Source of the DNA: Eledone cirrhosa
Taxonomy: Eukaryota
Length of the DNA: 64,000 nt
Assembly: GCA_964016885.1 (NCBI GenBank)
Contig: OZ024740.1
Coordinates: forward strand, 293,198,001 to 293,262,000
Direction: 5' to 3'
Part shown: positions 41,600-55,609 of the stretch, one piece after another
How the letters are laid out: every line of letters begins with the position of its first letter
How positions within the stretch are numbered: position 1 is the first letter of the stretch
Notes under the pieces: generated by a model
What the model was told of the DNA's origin: nothing
Seen by the model: only the letters and a program-made list of their open reading frames with translations
The model's database searches: none
Program-made: the position numbers and the translations under genes

Positions 41600-41601
<2 letters not shown>
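41469..41601 (+). repeat. Family G single arm starting within the putative stem II
   Basis: ccagaattagccgtcGAAAcggcttgagctccGTCggggtc. Confidence 0.8.
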
Positions 41602-41656
<55 letters not shown>

Positions 41657-41992
41657 ATGTATGTGTCTGTGTCAGTCTTTCTCTGGGTGTTTGTGTGTGT
41701 GTGTTTGTAATCATAAACACTTTATCAATCCCTTTTTATTGGAAATTTCAAAGCTGAATGTCACTCGTTAGAAATAGGTTGATATCTTAACTAAGGGGTG
41801 TGTTTTGAGATCAAAAAGGAAGTTGTAATTTCTGTTTGGCGTGCGTAGAGCAGCATAAAGCAGCCTAGAGCAGCTTTTCCCAAAATGAAAACTGATAAAT
41901 GAATTAAAAATGTGTCCCTTTATAATCGGATCTGTTGACTTGTAATGAATTGCAAGTACAGTCTTATAATAAGATGGGTTCCTAAAGAAAAT

Positions 41993-42194
41993 AGTTGTTT
42001 CTACTATAGGCACAAGGGCAGCAATTTGGGGAGAGTGGAAAGTCGATTAAATCGACCCCAGTGCATTACTAGTGCTTTATTTTATCGACCCCATAAGGAT
42101 GAAAGGCAAAGTTTACCTCTGCGAGATTTGTACTCAGAACGTAAAAGGCCATAACTCTATGCTGCAAGCATAGTGTCCGACGCTCTACCGATAC
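41993..42194 (-). mobile_element. Meta-core SINE
   Basis: tcgaccccataaggatgaaaggcaaag. Confidence 0.8.
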
Positions 42195-43157
42195 AGGTTG
42201 CATATATTCCTCTTCATGCAGAGAGCTTCAATCCGATAAACTAAACTGCAAAGAAAAAATTACATTTTATATGTAGAAAATAAAGGAAACTGAAGAAAAT
42301 ATAAAGAAGGGAAATATATATAGGAAATTTTTGCAGATTTTTTTTATTATTCCTGGTTTTTGTTCTGGAGAGAACCAAGAAGAACACGGTAATCTCATTA
42401 ATCTTCCACATATATTAAAGGCCACTATAAGAATAGCCTGGAAATCCTTAGCACAAGTAAGGGGATACCTCCCATCAGTACACAAATGAGAAAAGCTATT
42501 CAAAGTATGCAAAGTTAAGGTCAGCTACTCCAAGATCCCACTCTATAATCCGAAACATAGATTCACACAAACCTCAGCCAACAGCCAGCTTGAGACTGTC
42601 GAAATACATTTAACACTTCAACCTGTGATCTCTTTTTTTTTTCTTTTTTTTCAAATGTGCGTATTCAAAACATCCATAACACCTCTGCTCGGAATCCAAG
42701 CAAATATTACGTGCTTACTGACAATACGTTGAAGGGTTGTTAGCATTAGCATCTCTCCTGCTTTATGTCAAGAAGCACGAAATACCACCCACTTATCAAT
42801 TTCAATTTATTTGAAAAGTCATGGATGAAGAGTCTAAAAGATAAAGGATCCGCAGAATTAACCCGTGTTTCAACAGATACTTTGCCTAACTGAAAACTTC
42901 CAGATATTGATGACACCAGCGACTTCACTCAACATGTCGTCCGAGATATTATCTGAATATTCACATCAGAACATTCTCTCATAGAACATGTCCAGTTATA
43001 TGATCACAAGATAATCGAAATATATTCATGGACATCTTTTTCCTCGAGCTACACAGTTTAGCCTCCTTGGCTAATTATAGACTTGTACTACATAAGAACA
43101 GTTCGTTGAATATTTTACCGGCCTACAACATTTTCGACGTAATCTGCCATTATCAAT

Positions 43158-43372
43158 AAGGCACATGGCTGAGTGGTTAGAGAATTGGATTCGCAATCGT
43201 GAGGTTGTGAGTTCAATTCCTGGACTGGGCGATGCGTTATGTCCTTGGGCAAGACACTTTATTTCACGTTGCTCCTTCTACCTGGAGTTGCGACCGATAG
43301 ATAGTATTAGCAATTGGAAAGACCGACAAAAACATTGTTTCCTCGGTCCGATTTGACGAAAAGTCGATCGAC
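43158..43372 (+). mobile_element. tRNA-derived SINE, CORE-like family
   Basis: tggctgagtggttaga..gttcaattcc..tgtccttgggcaagacactt. Confidence 0.88.
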
Positions 43373-43572
43373 TGTCGATATATATACTCAATATATAATG
43401 CAGCACATACATGTTTCTTCAGGATGAATGAATAAACAATCTTACACATATACATACCTAAACGTAGAAACACACATACACACACCCATATATATATGTG
43501 TGTATACGTGTGTGTGTTAGTAGTTGACGGTTCACCCATTTACTACTCATAGTTTGATACGTGCTAATTGAA

Positions 43573-43810
43573 GGAACATAGCCTAGTGGGCTATGGGTTA
43601 AGGTTTTTGAATTACGATCCTAATATCGTGGGTTCAATTCCTGGACCCGTTGGCTAGCTGTGTTATGGATCAGATCAGCTGAAAATGAGTGCTAAACATA
43701 ACTGGTGGTTAATCCTGCGATGGCCTGTCATTCTGTCGAGGTGGAACTCAGACGCTTAAAACCGATAAAAATTGAAACCTGTGATAAGTACCTGCCTGAT
43801 GACCCTGATG
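43573..43810 (+). mobile_element. Older tRNA-derived SINE
   Basis: tagcctagtgg A box and ggttcaattcc B box. Confidence 0.55.
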
Positions 43811-44691
43811 ACTTGGGAGAGACATTAACTGTTTAATATATATTACACTAAACTGTGGACTAGGCAGATGAAGTATGTTATAAATGTGTATCTTTACAAA
43901 CAGCACAGCTTTATAAATGTTTACGAAAATACACATTTGTAAATATCTAAACATGTAAATATATCTTATATTCTCATTTCTCCATTGATTGATTGAACAG
44001 CTTGACACCAGTTTCAATTTTTGTTGAGATCTTCATCAGAAACAATCCTTTACGATCCATGAAGAAATGCGCATAACCCTATCCTATATAAATGTGTGTG
44101 TGAATGTCTGTGTGTGTGTCTGGTTAAAAGATGTGTGAAAAGGAATATTGATAACAATAATAAACTAGAATCCAGAGGAACGAATGATTGAAGGAGAGGC
44201 TGTAAATTGATAGAAATGGATTGCTGACCGTTCAGACACGATGATATCTAGGTTATTATTCATCATAGAAACCATTACTCAATGAGAAATTGAAATACAA
44301 GGTTTACGTATGACAACACATATATATATTTATTGCTTCAGATCACACTCAGTCAGTTGTGCATAACGATGCAATGAAAAGAAGTTTGCTGTGAATATGG
44401 TATCCAAAGAAATAAAACTGAAGCTAATGAAATACGTTACTCTGGTAAAAAAGTAGAATTTCCTTAATTAACAGAAACTTCTCATCCTCCAAAAACTGTC
44501 TTATAAGGAAATACTCAAGAGGAAAGAGTTTCGAAATGTTTTATGTTGTAAAATAGAAGAAGCAAGAATGTCGTATATAGCAGTTCTCTTTTAGCATTAC
44601 GTCCTTTATTGTTTTTTTTTTTAGTAAATTGTATTTATTGGATATATCTATAAGCGATTCTGTATATTCATTTTGTGTGAAAACAATTTAT

Positions 44692-44791
<100 letters not shown>

Positions 44792-44981
44792 GCTGAATAT
44801 ATACACGGGTTATTGCTGTTCTTATTCAGATTAGTAAACAGTAAATATGAAGATATGTTTTTTTTTCTTAAAAATTCCAACTGCAGTTTCACCAACTAGA
44901 CTGCAGCAAACATACAACACAAATGTGCACCATCACTGTGATGCTGAAGGCTTGTCAAGAGATCCCTTAATTTAGCACACA

Positions 44982-45039
<58 letters not shown>

Positions 45040-45264
45040 ACATATATATATATATACAAAATTAAATTAAGGGTGTCATGATTCGGCTGCTATTTCTAGC
45101 TGTCGATAATCCTATTCACGTCACTGGGATTACGCTGGTACGGGGTGTGTAATTTTAAAAAAATGCAACACGTGCTAAGAGTCATTCACAGATTTGCATT
45201 TGCCGTGTAAACACAGATAGTCAAATCTTCTCCTTTGTTGAAAATGCAGGATTTGACTACTGTG

Positions 45265-45490
45265 ATTTACCGATTGATGGTGAAATATATTTCTTTATTT
45301 AATGAAATATATACAAAAGAGATTAATCATTTTAAAAGGTATCTATATTTGAAGTTCTAGTTAAACTTTAATTAGTTACCTACCTAGCTGTGTGTGCTTG
45401 CACACTTTGCAAATTATTCCCTGTGATTGTTTCATATGTTTATTATATATATATATGTATATATATGTCAATCAATTTCTAGTTGATATA
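45265..45490 (+). repeat. Unclassified repeat, also present at 53495-53702, ending in (TA)n
   Basis: aagattaatcatttta.aaggtatctat.tttgaagttctagttaaacttta is shared. Confidence 0.75.
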
Positions 45491-46006
45491 TATATATATA
45501 TGCGTGCGCATGTATGTGTTTGTCTGTGTTTCATGTCTTATCATACATAAAGACAAGAAACATTTCATACAGATAAGTAGAGCATAGAAAAAAAATTTGT
45601 TCAAGAAAAAGAAGTTTGGCAGTGACATCGAAGTTTCGTTTGTAATAAGCTTCGACAGGCTGTCTAACGAAGGTGACTAGAGATCAAACGTCGAAGCCAT
45701 TAAGAAAAAAAAAGAAAGAAACGGAAACTTAAAATTATACTAGCTATTATAATTCAATAATTATAATTGTGTTATCTGATATTTTTTTATAAATGTAAAT
45801 ATAAATACTGATATTACAGAGAAACAATGACAAACCATAAATTAAATTAAATAGTGTTTGGTCTACCGTCCAGATTTTATAAGACTTATGAATAAATTGT
45901 ATTGTACTCAAGGGAAATTAATCGTCTGCCTATCAAACTCTCTTCCTCTTTTTCTTTCTTTCTCCTTCCCTCTCCTCTCATTTCATCTTCTCCTCTCTCT
46001 TTCTGC

Positions 46007-46088
<82 letters not shown>

Positions 46089-46092
<4 letters not shown>

Positions 46093-46282
46093 AACAAGTA
46101 AGACCCCGACGGCTGAGCTCAAGCCGTTTCGACGGCTAATTCTGGACTGCAGAATTAGCCGTCGAAACGGCTTGAGCTCAGCCGTCGGGGTCTTACTTGT
46201 TCCTATTACCCACTCTACTACCCTAAGTATTGAGTACTTTGGTGCGTTATGGTCCACCTGATTCCTTACCACATTTCCTTCG

Positions 46283-46284
<2 letters not shown>
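46089..46284. mobile_element. Family G foldback mini-element
   Basis: Perfect arms around gctaattctg-gactg-cagaattagc. Confidence 0.88.
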
Positions 46285-46324
<40 letters not shown>

Positions 46325-46325
<1 letters not shown>

Positions 46326-46540
46326 TAATTTCAGCGAGATTCGGATTTCGGCTGTAGTCGAAACAAAGCGAAACGCAATATCCGAGTTATGCTGGCTAAC
46401 GCTCCATGGACCAAATAAAGACCAGAGCAATAAACATAAGTTATAAAGGCCAAACAAACTGAGATGGTGGTCAAGAAGCCATCAACCACCTAAGCCAAAA
46501 AGACGAGGCAAGCCAAACAGGTCAAACAAAATAATTGAAA
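46325..46540. repeat. Family I diverged fragment
   Basis: cgagattcg..cgagtt..gctc..agagc..taaaggccaaac..ctgagatggtggt. Confidence 0.55.
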
Positions 46541-46788
46541 TGTATGCATCCCCCGGTATTCGCGATGGTTACCTTGCTAGAGCACTCGCAAAGAGTGAAA
46601 ACCGCGAATATCGGAAGTGGTCCATAAAAATGCCTATAAACGTAAAAACATGACGTAAAATATAGACCGGAAAATACGGTATAAAGTTATTAATAATTTA
46701 GCATTAAAATGCTTGAAAATATATATATTTCCACGAAAAAAATAAAAAGATACATTAAAATAACCGGGGCCTCGAATGCTGGGTATAC

Positions 46789-46792
<4 letters not shown>
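46541..46792. mobile_element. Possible pogo/Tigger-type MITE remnant
   Basis: Weak TIRs (cccccggtattcgcg versus tcgaatgctgggtatacact) and an internal ccgcgaata motif. Confidence 0.35.
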
Positions 46793-46862
<70 letters not shown>

Positions 46863-46866
<4 letters not shown>

Positions 46867-47557
46867 CTCTATAGTATTTTGCTCTGATTAATTTATTAAC
46901 TCTCCATTGAGCCACATCGTGAAAAGTTGCCAAAATACATATATACCTGTTATTTTGTTTAATTGGTGTATGTGTAAATATTTATATTTAATAATCTCCC
47001 ATAAGGTTGAGATAAAAATTTGGGCGATATTGGGCTGCGCTTTCTAGCAACCAACCCACTCGCCGTAAGCAACCAATCACACCCTTCCTGACTTGACCAC
47101 TGCTACGTCACAGTTCTCAACCATTTTGAATTCGTGTTTGGCGGGGGCCACTTCGGAAAATAATATGTCCTAGCGAGTTTATCCCCTGAAGAGCTCTAAA
47201 CTCGAGTATGAACCTTAATAAGGTATCTCAAATGTGAGCGAAACCCTAGGGTCGGGATTTAGTGATTTAATCCTGGTGTGTATATAAGCATTTCTAACAT
47301 TAATTTTTACCTAATTATGTATAGTTGACCGTATATTTAATTAATTTCCACGTGCTGTTGAAATGTTGGGTAAATATTCTATAGCGGTTGCACGCGAAGA
47401 CGCCACAATAGCGTATTTATTTACTGTTTCTTCATAGATGCCTTTTATTCTTATAGCCTGGTCTAATTGATTTTTTGTGTGGTTAATTATGCTGATTGGG
47501 AGTAGAGATGAGTTATATATATTATCAAATAATTCTCTGGACATGCTTTACTCTATA

Positions 47558-47559
<2 letters not shown>
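46863..47559 (+). mobile_element. Family J: non-coding element with a central hammerhead and 13-bp terminal direct repeats, inside (TA)n
   Basis: tttactctatagt at 46863 and 47547. Confidence 0.7.
47181..47258 (+). ncRNA. Canonical type I hammerhead motif
   Basis: atccc-CTGAAGA-gctc..gagc-GAAA-ccctaggg-TC-gggat; GUC site at 47251-47253. Confidence 0.92.
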
Positions 47560-47635
<76 letters not shown>

Positions 47636-47640
47636 ATATG

Positions 47641-48940
47641 TAGTAAGGGGTTAACAACAGGGATGTGCGGATCAGACAATGGCCTGTCGGTTGCGAAGCA
47701 GATAAAAAGAAGTGCTCAACGACCTGTATAAATGATACAAAACGGACCATTATATATTAATAAAAGATCGGAGGCCATATTCAGTTGATTCAGGTTTATT
47801 TAGAACTCTGTTATACATATTTCACTATGATAGCCTGAGCTCTTCAGACGGTAAAACCTAAAATAAACATAGACAGTTCTTAAGAAACCTTTAAATTTGG
47901 AAAAATCTAATAATTTCCCCGAAAAAAGATTTTGTTTTCATGATACAGAGGGCCGGTCGAACACGTGGTGTGGTTTCTTCGACGGCCGGCCCCTATATGA
48001 CTCCAAGAGTTTTGGCGGAAGTGCTGGTCAGTTTAGGAAGTAACGAAAACGATTAGTAGCCCTTCCCCCTTCCCTCTCTATCATTATCCCCCACTTCCTT
48101 TATATATCGTAAGATTTCACTCTGGCGTTCTGCTCATCGAGTGCTTAAATCTCTGGAGAGGCGGGGAATCGGACATCTGGATGTAATCCGTGAGCTTGAT
48201 CAAACGGGGAGATAGCAAGAAGTACGACTATCATGCTTCCAACAATTTAGAACCAGTTAAACTATAACTATACAACATCTACGCTATACACTCTGGTCTG
48301 TGGCCTAACCATACAGGCAGCTATTCCATACCTTTTAATAGTTTTCAATATAATATTTTTCCATTATAATTATAATCATCTCTTTCCCACATATATATCC
48401 CCTTTAATATAACCTTTCCTGTTGTTCTTAATAATTAATTAATTAGTTTATTTATTTTATTTTTATTTATTTCTTATATAGTTAATTTTGGTATCGGTTA
48501 TATTATTCAGAGTTGTTGCAGACCTGTGGACAACATAGAGCTGGGAGAGATTGGTTGTCACTACTGTTATAGCAGCCGCTGAGACTACTACAACAACGGT
48601 TAATGATAGAGAGAAGAGGGAGAAGGGCTACCAACCGTTTTCCTTACTTCATAAACTGACCAGCACTTCCGCCAAAATTCTTGGGGTTATACAGGGGCCA
48701 GGCGTCGAAGCAACAACACCACGCATTCGGCCGGTCCCTTGTATCATGAAAATAAAATCTTTTTTCGGGAAAATTATTAGATTTTTCCAAATTTAAAGGT
48801 TTCTTAGGAACTTTTATGTTTATTTCAGGTTTTCCGTCTGAAGAGCTCAGGCTATCATAATTGATAGTCCTCAGTGAAATATGTATAACGGAGTTTTAAA
48901 TAAGCCTGTATCAACTGAATATGACCTCCCATCTGTTATT
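47641..48940. mobile_element. Family K: ~1.3-kb element with ~200-bp inverted, HHR-bearing arms
   Basis: 47770-47961 is inverted at 48725-48930. Confidence 0.8.
48833..48892 (+). ncRNA. Hammerhead motif (family K)
   Basis: tccgt-CTGAAGA-gctcaggctatca-taat-tgatagtcctcagt-GAAA-tatgta-TA-acgga. Confidence 0.85.
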
Positions 48941-48941
48941 A

Positions 48942-49097
48942 CGCCATGCTTTGACGTATAGAGTTACGGCCCTTGCCATTCTGAGTTCAAATCCCGCCGA
49001 GGTTAACTTTGCCTTTCATCCTTACGGGGTCGATAAAATAAAGTACCAGTAATGCATTGGGTAATTGCTGGCCTTGTGCCTAACGTAGAAACAATTA
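48942..49097 (+). mobile_element. Meta-core SINE, 5' truncated
   Basis: Nearly identical to 428-611 and 63826-64000. Confidence 0.88.
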
Positions 49098-49099
49098 AT

Positions 49100-49725
49100 A
49101 TAGGAAGATGGAATGGATGGACCAAAGCCATACGGACACCCAAAAACAACGATCAGGTGAGAAAAATGGTCGCACATGTAGTAGAGGCTAGTATTAAAAC
49201 TACTGTAAAGGGCCACATGTTTAAATTTAAGGAGAAAACTCTACACCCACAATGAAGGAGCAGCCATTGGTGTCAGCATAGCTGGCGATGTTGCCAATCT
49301 ATTTATGGTGTGGTGGGAAAGGAGACTCAGAGAACTCTTAGAAGAGAACTCCATAACCCTCGTCATGTACTCTCGTTACGTAGACGATATCAATATAGTA
49401 ATAAGAACACCCCCACAAGAGAGTACCAACAAACCTGAACTAGAAAATAACACAATAGAGAGCATCCAGCAGATAGCTAACGCCATACACCAGAGCATAA
49501 CTGTAACTATTGATTACCCTTTCAAACACCCTAACAATATACTACCAGTATTAGACAGGGAACTCTGGTTAAACACTATAAACGAGAGGGCCCAAATTCT
49601 CCACTCCCACTATGCTAAACCCATGGCCTCCAAATACCTTATATTCAAAAACTCAGCGATTTCCAATAGTGCCAAGTTTAATATTCTGATCACAGACTTG
49701 GTAAGAGTGATGAAGAATGTGTCCA
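49100..49725 (+). pseudogene. Neptune-like PLE RT fragment
   Basis: GAAIGVSIAGDVANLFM, YSRYVDDI, LPVLD and HYAKPMASKY; the 3' end overlaps the start of the 30885 and 54062 copies. Confidence 0.88.
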
Positions 49726-51940
49726 GTGTATTGACAACTTTTAAGGCTCAATAGTGAGAACGTTGAGCAGGCGAAGGTCTTTCCATTTATAGCTGCTACT
49801 AATTTTGTAGTAATGTTTTACTTGCTTATGTTGTTTTCTTCTGTTTCCTGCGTCTGTCAATTATTTTGATGTCGGTTTTACATGATTTATTCCGGAGAGT
49901 CGTTTTATAGAATAAACCCATAAAGTGAAAAGCAGCAGACGATATCTCCACAATGACGTAACCACATGACGTAAATATTTCTTAGTTTAACTATTGAAAT
50001 GAGTGTCAATGGTTGCTTATTCAAATGTTAATGTAGGCTTGTTTACACATTTTAATTTTCTTCCATCCCAGCTTCTCTCTCATTCCGAATGTTGCTAATT
50101 TCTTTTTTCCACAAAATACCATTCAGTGATCAATTGAATTCATTCAACATGTGTAAATGGACACATACTATTAAAGCTTGCAACGCTGTAACCATTCAGC
50201 TACAAATATATTCTGTCAATAAAATATGTTGTGTAATAAATAAAAAGCAGCGATTGTAGAATTCTGTCTTTTTGCTTTTTATGAAAGCATTAATATCCAT
50301 CGCAACTATATTCTATTTTTCGCGTTTTCTTTGCAAAAGATTTAACTAAGAGGAGTAGATAAACAGTTGGGCTTATTGTCAAAGACAGATAAGTACCATA
50401 TGTTCAACTTGTGAATACACAAATATTACAAAACGTTGGTTGCATAAATCAATATTTTTATCAACAGCTTATAAAGACAAGCATCATTGTTATTATAGAC
50501 ATTATTTCTAGACGAGCTTAATTCAGTTTTCGACATTCCACCTATCTTATGTAAATATGGTCAGTATAATTAACTAAAACTAACGAAAAGCTTTATATTC
50601 TTTACCATTGTCAGCTGAATGAAGTACGTGGTATTTATCAGAAGCCAAGGATGTAATACATTCAAGAGGTTAATCTGCTGCAAAATATGGCACTGATTTT
50701 ACTTCAAAATCTTATTTGTTATATTTGTACTATACGTTAATGAAGTGTGGGGACAAAGGCCCCGTCATTTTCACGCTTGTGACTGGGGAGTTTGATGTTA
50801 TTGGTGTTCAGTTTATACATTAAAGTTTGCAAGAAAACGTTGCAAGAAAACGTTTGAAAGGAGCAGGAGGAAATGTTTAGTGTGGGATATATATATATAC
50901 TAGGAGCGACAGAAGGTGTAGAGACTGTAGCCAATACTTTTGATCCCTTGCTAAAATAATGTCTACTAGATATCCACTATGCCTCACCCATGATAATTCC
51001 TTATACAGTACTTTCACAGAGAAACCTCTCCCAATTGCTGCCCAATTTTCATCCAATTACAAGTTATAGATACTTGACTTAACTTCACCGAAAGCTTGCT
51101 TTTCAACTCCTCCAGTTTCACTGCCACGTAGTTTCACCAAGCGCGAAACCACATTCGTTCATGTGAAATCAACAAGACCTCCGGACATCTCATCTTCCAT
51201 TACCCTCAATCAGCACACTCTACAGTTAGCCCCTCTCAAATTCAGTTTTCCTCTCTTTCATACTAGGTTCATGGGGTCGAGCTCTGGGGGAAAGATACTT
51301 CCTCAATGTGCAACACACTATCGTTGAACACGAAACCATATAGTTGCCAGGCAAACGCCCTAACCAGAAAACTATCCATACGCTGATACAAACGATGTTA
51401 TGAAGACCATGACCAGTTTCATATCCCAATCTATAAATATTTCTCTTCAACGCATACGTGCATGCAATCATACACATACACATACATTCTTTCCCAAGTA
51501 TACAATGCGCACAAACATAAAAACATGTTCTTCAGATTTATTTCCGGGATGTTTCATGCAATTGATAGTAAAATAAACGCACATATTTATAACCGATAAA
51601 GACAAAATAAAGAATTATAAGTTAACAGAGTTACTATATCGTTATAGCTATTTCCCTCACAGTCAATAGTAAGCTTCTATTCACTCACAATATTTGTATT
51701 AAAGCCATTATTGATATACGTTAATGACAAACCGAACAATATGATGATTCATTAAACTGATCTTATATTACTATGAGTAGTGAGACATACTTTTGAACAA
51801 ATAGTATGAGTTAGTATTAGTTGTTAATATTCCACAAGAACTGGATATAAGACTATTGTTATTGTAGCTAAAATTGTATAAAGCAGATTAAATACAGACA
51901 TATAATGCAGATTTAATATATATAAAAGAATGTGGGGTAT

Positions 51941-51989
<49 letters not shown>

Positions 51990-51993
<4 letters not shown>

Positions 51994-52148
51994 GAAGGAA
52001 ATGTGGTAAGGAACCAGGTGGACCATAACGCACCAAAGTACTCAATACTTAGGGTAGTAGAGTGGGTAATAGGAACAAGTACGGCTAATTCCGTACAGAA
52101 TTAGCCGTCGAAACGGCTTGAGCTCAGCCGTCGGGGTCTTACTTATTC

Positions 52149-52151
<3 letters not shown>
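51990..52151. mobile_element. Family G element, internally deleted foldback
   Basis: acggctaattc-cgtaca-gaattagccgt centre. Confidence 0.8.
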
Positions 52152-52183
<32 letters not shown>

Positions 52184-52204
52184 GATATATATATATATAT
52201 AGAA

Positions 52205-52383
52205 GACGATCGACTTTCGTCAAATCGGACCGAGGGAACAATGTTTCCGTTGGTCTTTCCAATTGCTAATACTATCTATCGGTCGCAACTCCAGGTAGAA
52301 GGAGCAACGTGAAATAAAGTGTCTTGCTCAAGGACATAACGCATCGCCTGTTCCAGGAATCGAGCTCACAACCTTACGATTGC

Positions 52384-52387
<4 letters not shown>
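52205..52387 (-). mobile_element. CORE-like SINE, 5' truncated
   Basis: Matches 16708-16890. Confidence 0.85.
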
Positions 52388-52426
<39 letters not shown>

Positions 52427-52431
52427 CTCAC

Positions 52432-52473
<42 letters not shown>

Positions 52474-52606
52474 GTGAGTTTTTTTTTTTACAAAATGAAA
52501 AATAACCGAGGTGTCCTACACGAGTGAAAGTATAAAGAAAAAAAGATGAAATCGAAAATGCAACTGGAGTCTTATTTTTTTTAAAAATATATATATTTAT
52601 TTGGTT

Positions 52607-52644
52607 CCTTTACCGGTTTCGCAGTTCTTCTGCTTTTCAAAAGT
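52607..52644 (-). ncRNA. Minimal hammerhead with U3-A8 core
   Basis: ctt-TTGAAAA-gcag-aagaa-ctgc-GAAA-ccgg-TA-aag. Confidence 0.65.
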
Positions 52645-52723
52645 AGAGTTGAGATGGAGGGTCTGTGTTTTTTCTCACATCTGAGATAAATATATAAACT
52701 TTCTCACATCTGACATAAATATA

Positions 52724-53022
52724 TAAACAGACTAAATAAAGATGGCGTAGAAAATACAATGCAACGGGAGGAAACAATAGCACCACTGACGATGTTGCAG
52801 ATGTGCAACGAAAGAACTTTGATAGACTATATATATGTGTTTGTGTCTATATTGTATCTGTATTATTTTTGACTGTTGGTCAGTCACTGGCAACATTGAG
52901 AACCGAATAAATTTAATTAACCGATATAAAAGACGCAGAAGGGAAAAGCGAAAACCAACCAAACTGTGAGTGTGTTCTGTTATTAATTCTGGCAATATTA
53001 CGCAAATATGACCCTCCTCAAG
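52724..53022 (+). repeat. Partial pLTR of the Neptune-like PLE
   Basis: Almost identical to 55192-55495. Confidence 0.9.
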
Positions 53023-53028
53023 TATATA

Positions 53029-53087
<59 letters not shown>

Positions 53088-53089
<2 letters not shown>

Positions 53090-53432
53090 TTCGGCCCCAT
53101 TCGGTCACGAATGACCATGGTTTTGCACCTAGAAAGTTTCCCTCCAAGGCACAAGCCTGGGCAAGTTTTTTTTGTGGAAGACCAGTAGTCGCCGCCCATG
53201 CATACCAGTCTCCCCTCTCCACGCCACCGATGTTGTTCAAGGGAAAGGCAATGGCAGATACAGCTTGGCACCAGTGGCACCAGTGGCACCAGTGATGTCG
53301 CAACTCATTTCTACAGCTGAGTAAACTGGAGCAACATAAAGTGTCTTGCTCAAGGACACAACGCATCACCCGGTCCGAGAATCGAACTCACAACCTCTCA
53401 ATTTCAAGCCCAAAGCTCTAACCACTAACCCG
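53088..53432 (-). mobile_element. tRNA-derived SINE (CORE-like head, different 3' body)
   Basis: gttcgattctc B box and gtgtccttgagcaagacactt. Confidence 0.8.
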
Positions 53433-53696
53433 TATGCTATATATATATATAGTGTGTAAAAATGAGTAAGCACACATAGCCAGCATCTGGCTACCAATCG
53501 ATTAATTTGTGAAATATATTTCTTTAATGGAATATATACGAGGAAGATTAATCATTTTATAAGGTATCTATTTTTGAAGTTCTAGTTAAACTTTATTTAG
53601 CTACCTACCTACCTAGCTATGTGTGCTTACACAGTTTTACAAATTATCCCCTGTGATTGTTTCATATGTTTATTTATATATCAATCAATTTCTACT

Positions 53697-53823
<127 letters not shown>

Positions 53824-53845
53824 ATGTTATTTATATATGTATATA

Positions 53846-54048
53846 TAACAAAGGAATTGTGGTAAGGAAGCAGATGGACCATAACGCACCAGAGTACTGA
53901 ATACTTATGGTAGTCGAGTCGGAAATAGGAAAAAGTATGACCCCGACGGCAGAGCTCAAGCCGTTTCGACGGCTATTTCTTGACTACTAGTTCAGAAATA
54001 GCCGTCGAAACGCCGTGAGCTCTGCCGTCGGGGTCATACTTTTTCCTA
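53846..54048. mobile_element. Family G foldback mini-element
   Basis: Centre ctatttcttgacta-c-tagttcagaaatag. Confidence 0.85.
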
Positions 54049-54061
54049 TATATATATAGGA

Positions 54062-55495
54062 AAACTATGCTAAACTCATGGCCTCCAAATACCTGAGACT
54101 CAAAAACTCAGCAATGTCCAGTAGTTCTAAGTTTAATATTCTGATCGCAGACTTGGTACGAGTGATGAAGAACGTGTCTCGCATGTGCGACCCAACAGAA
54201 ATGGAAATACACATCCAACACTTCATCAACTGCATGCAGTTCTCTGGCTACAACCAAAGAGACAGAATCAGAGTATACGAAGGAGCCACGGAGAAGTATA
54301 AGACCCTCATAGAACTGGACATGAAAGGAATTTGTCCATTATACAAGAGCCAATCTTGGAATAGCTTAGATAGGACTAGACATAGGATAGGGAAAGCCAC
54401 CTCATGGTACGGCAACCAGAGATACCAGAGTGTCATGTTTGTGGACGCTACCCCTGGAGGGAAATTAGTTAACCAGTGTAGAAAGGCCCTGAGAAAGACC
54501 CACTTAAAGATTAAGGTGGTAGAAAAGCCAGGAACCACCATAAAATCCCCGATCAGCAAAACCTTTCCTTTTAAGAAAACCCACTGTACTAATAGGAAAT
54601 GTATCATATGTAAGGTAAATCCCCGGATAAACTGTAAAACTAGAAACGTACTCTATAGCATAAGATGTACAGAGGGTACTTGCAGAAACATGACAACAAC
54701 AGGCGAGACAGCTCGTAGCATAGGTGAAAAGATAGACCAACACTGGGGGGAACTAAAAGGACGAAAAAACGGTTCAGTACTATACGAACATGCCAGACAA
54801 CAACACGACGGTAACATAGACAACATAGAAATTAGACTAATATCTAAGCATAGAAATGACCCAGCAGATAGGAAAATAAGAGAGGCCAATGAAATAGTAC
54901 TTAGAAGGCCAAGGCTAAACAGAAAAAATGAATGGAATAACAACACCCAAACAAACAACACTGACCTAAGAGAAGTATAAATAAATAAATAAATAAATAG
55001 ATAAATAAATAAATACATACACAAGCACAATAACAACAAACACAAGTAAACACACACTAGTAAAGATAGAATACATTAACCAATACACAGTTACCCAATC
55101 ACGAACACACATCAAACAAAACACTATACACACACGCAAACGCATGCGCAAAGAAGATAAAAAACAACTACAAAAATAAACAAATAAATAAATATATAAA
55201 CAGACTAAATAAAGATGGCGTAGAAAATACAATGCAACGGGAGGAAACAATAGCACCACTGACGATGTTGCAGATGTGCAACGAAAGAACTTTGATAGAC
55301 TATATATATGTGTTTGTGTCTATATTGTATCTGTATTATTTTTGACTGTTGGTCAGTCACTGGCAACATTGAGAACCGAATAAATTTAATTAACCGATAT
55401 AAAAGACGCAGAAGGGAAAAGCGAAAACCAACCAAACTGTGAGTGTGTTCTGTTATTAATTCTGGCAATATTACACAAATATGACCCTCCTCAAG
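54062..55495 (+). mobile_element. 5'-truncated Neptune-like PLE; open 300-aa C-terminal frame (54078-54980) plus pLTR
   Basis: CTNRKCIIC..NCKTRNVLYSIRC..GETARS..QH; the YI of YIG is deleted in frame. HHR-like core at 55259-55286. Confidence 0.9.
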
Positions 55496-55501
55496 TATAT
55501 A

Positions 55502-55575
<74 letters not shown>

Positions 55576-55609
55576 TATAAATAGAGGTGTGACACACGAG
55601 TTGTGATAT

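Noticed and set aside
43158-43240. tRNA-like sequence as a real tRNA gene
   Set aside because: It continues into a SINE body repeated elsewhere and lacks a proper acceptor stem.
50930-51430. Possible Tx1/L1-like remnant (FSVKVLYKEL)
   Set aside because: A single short motif among many stops.
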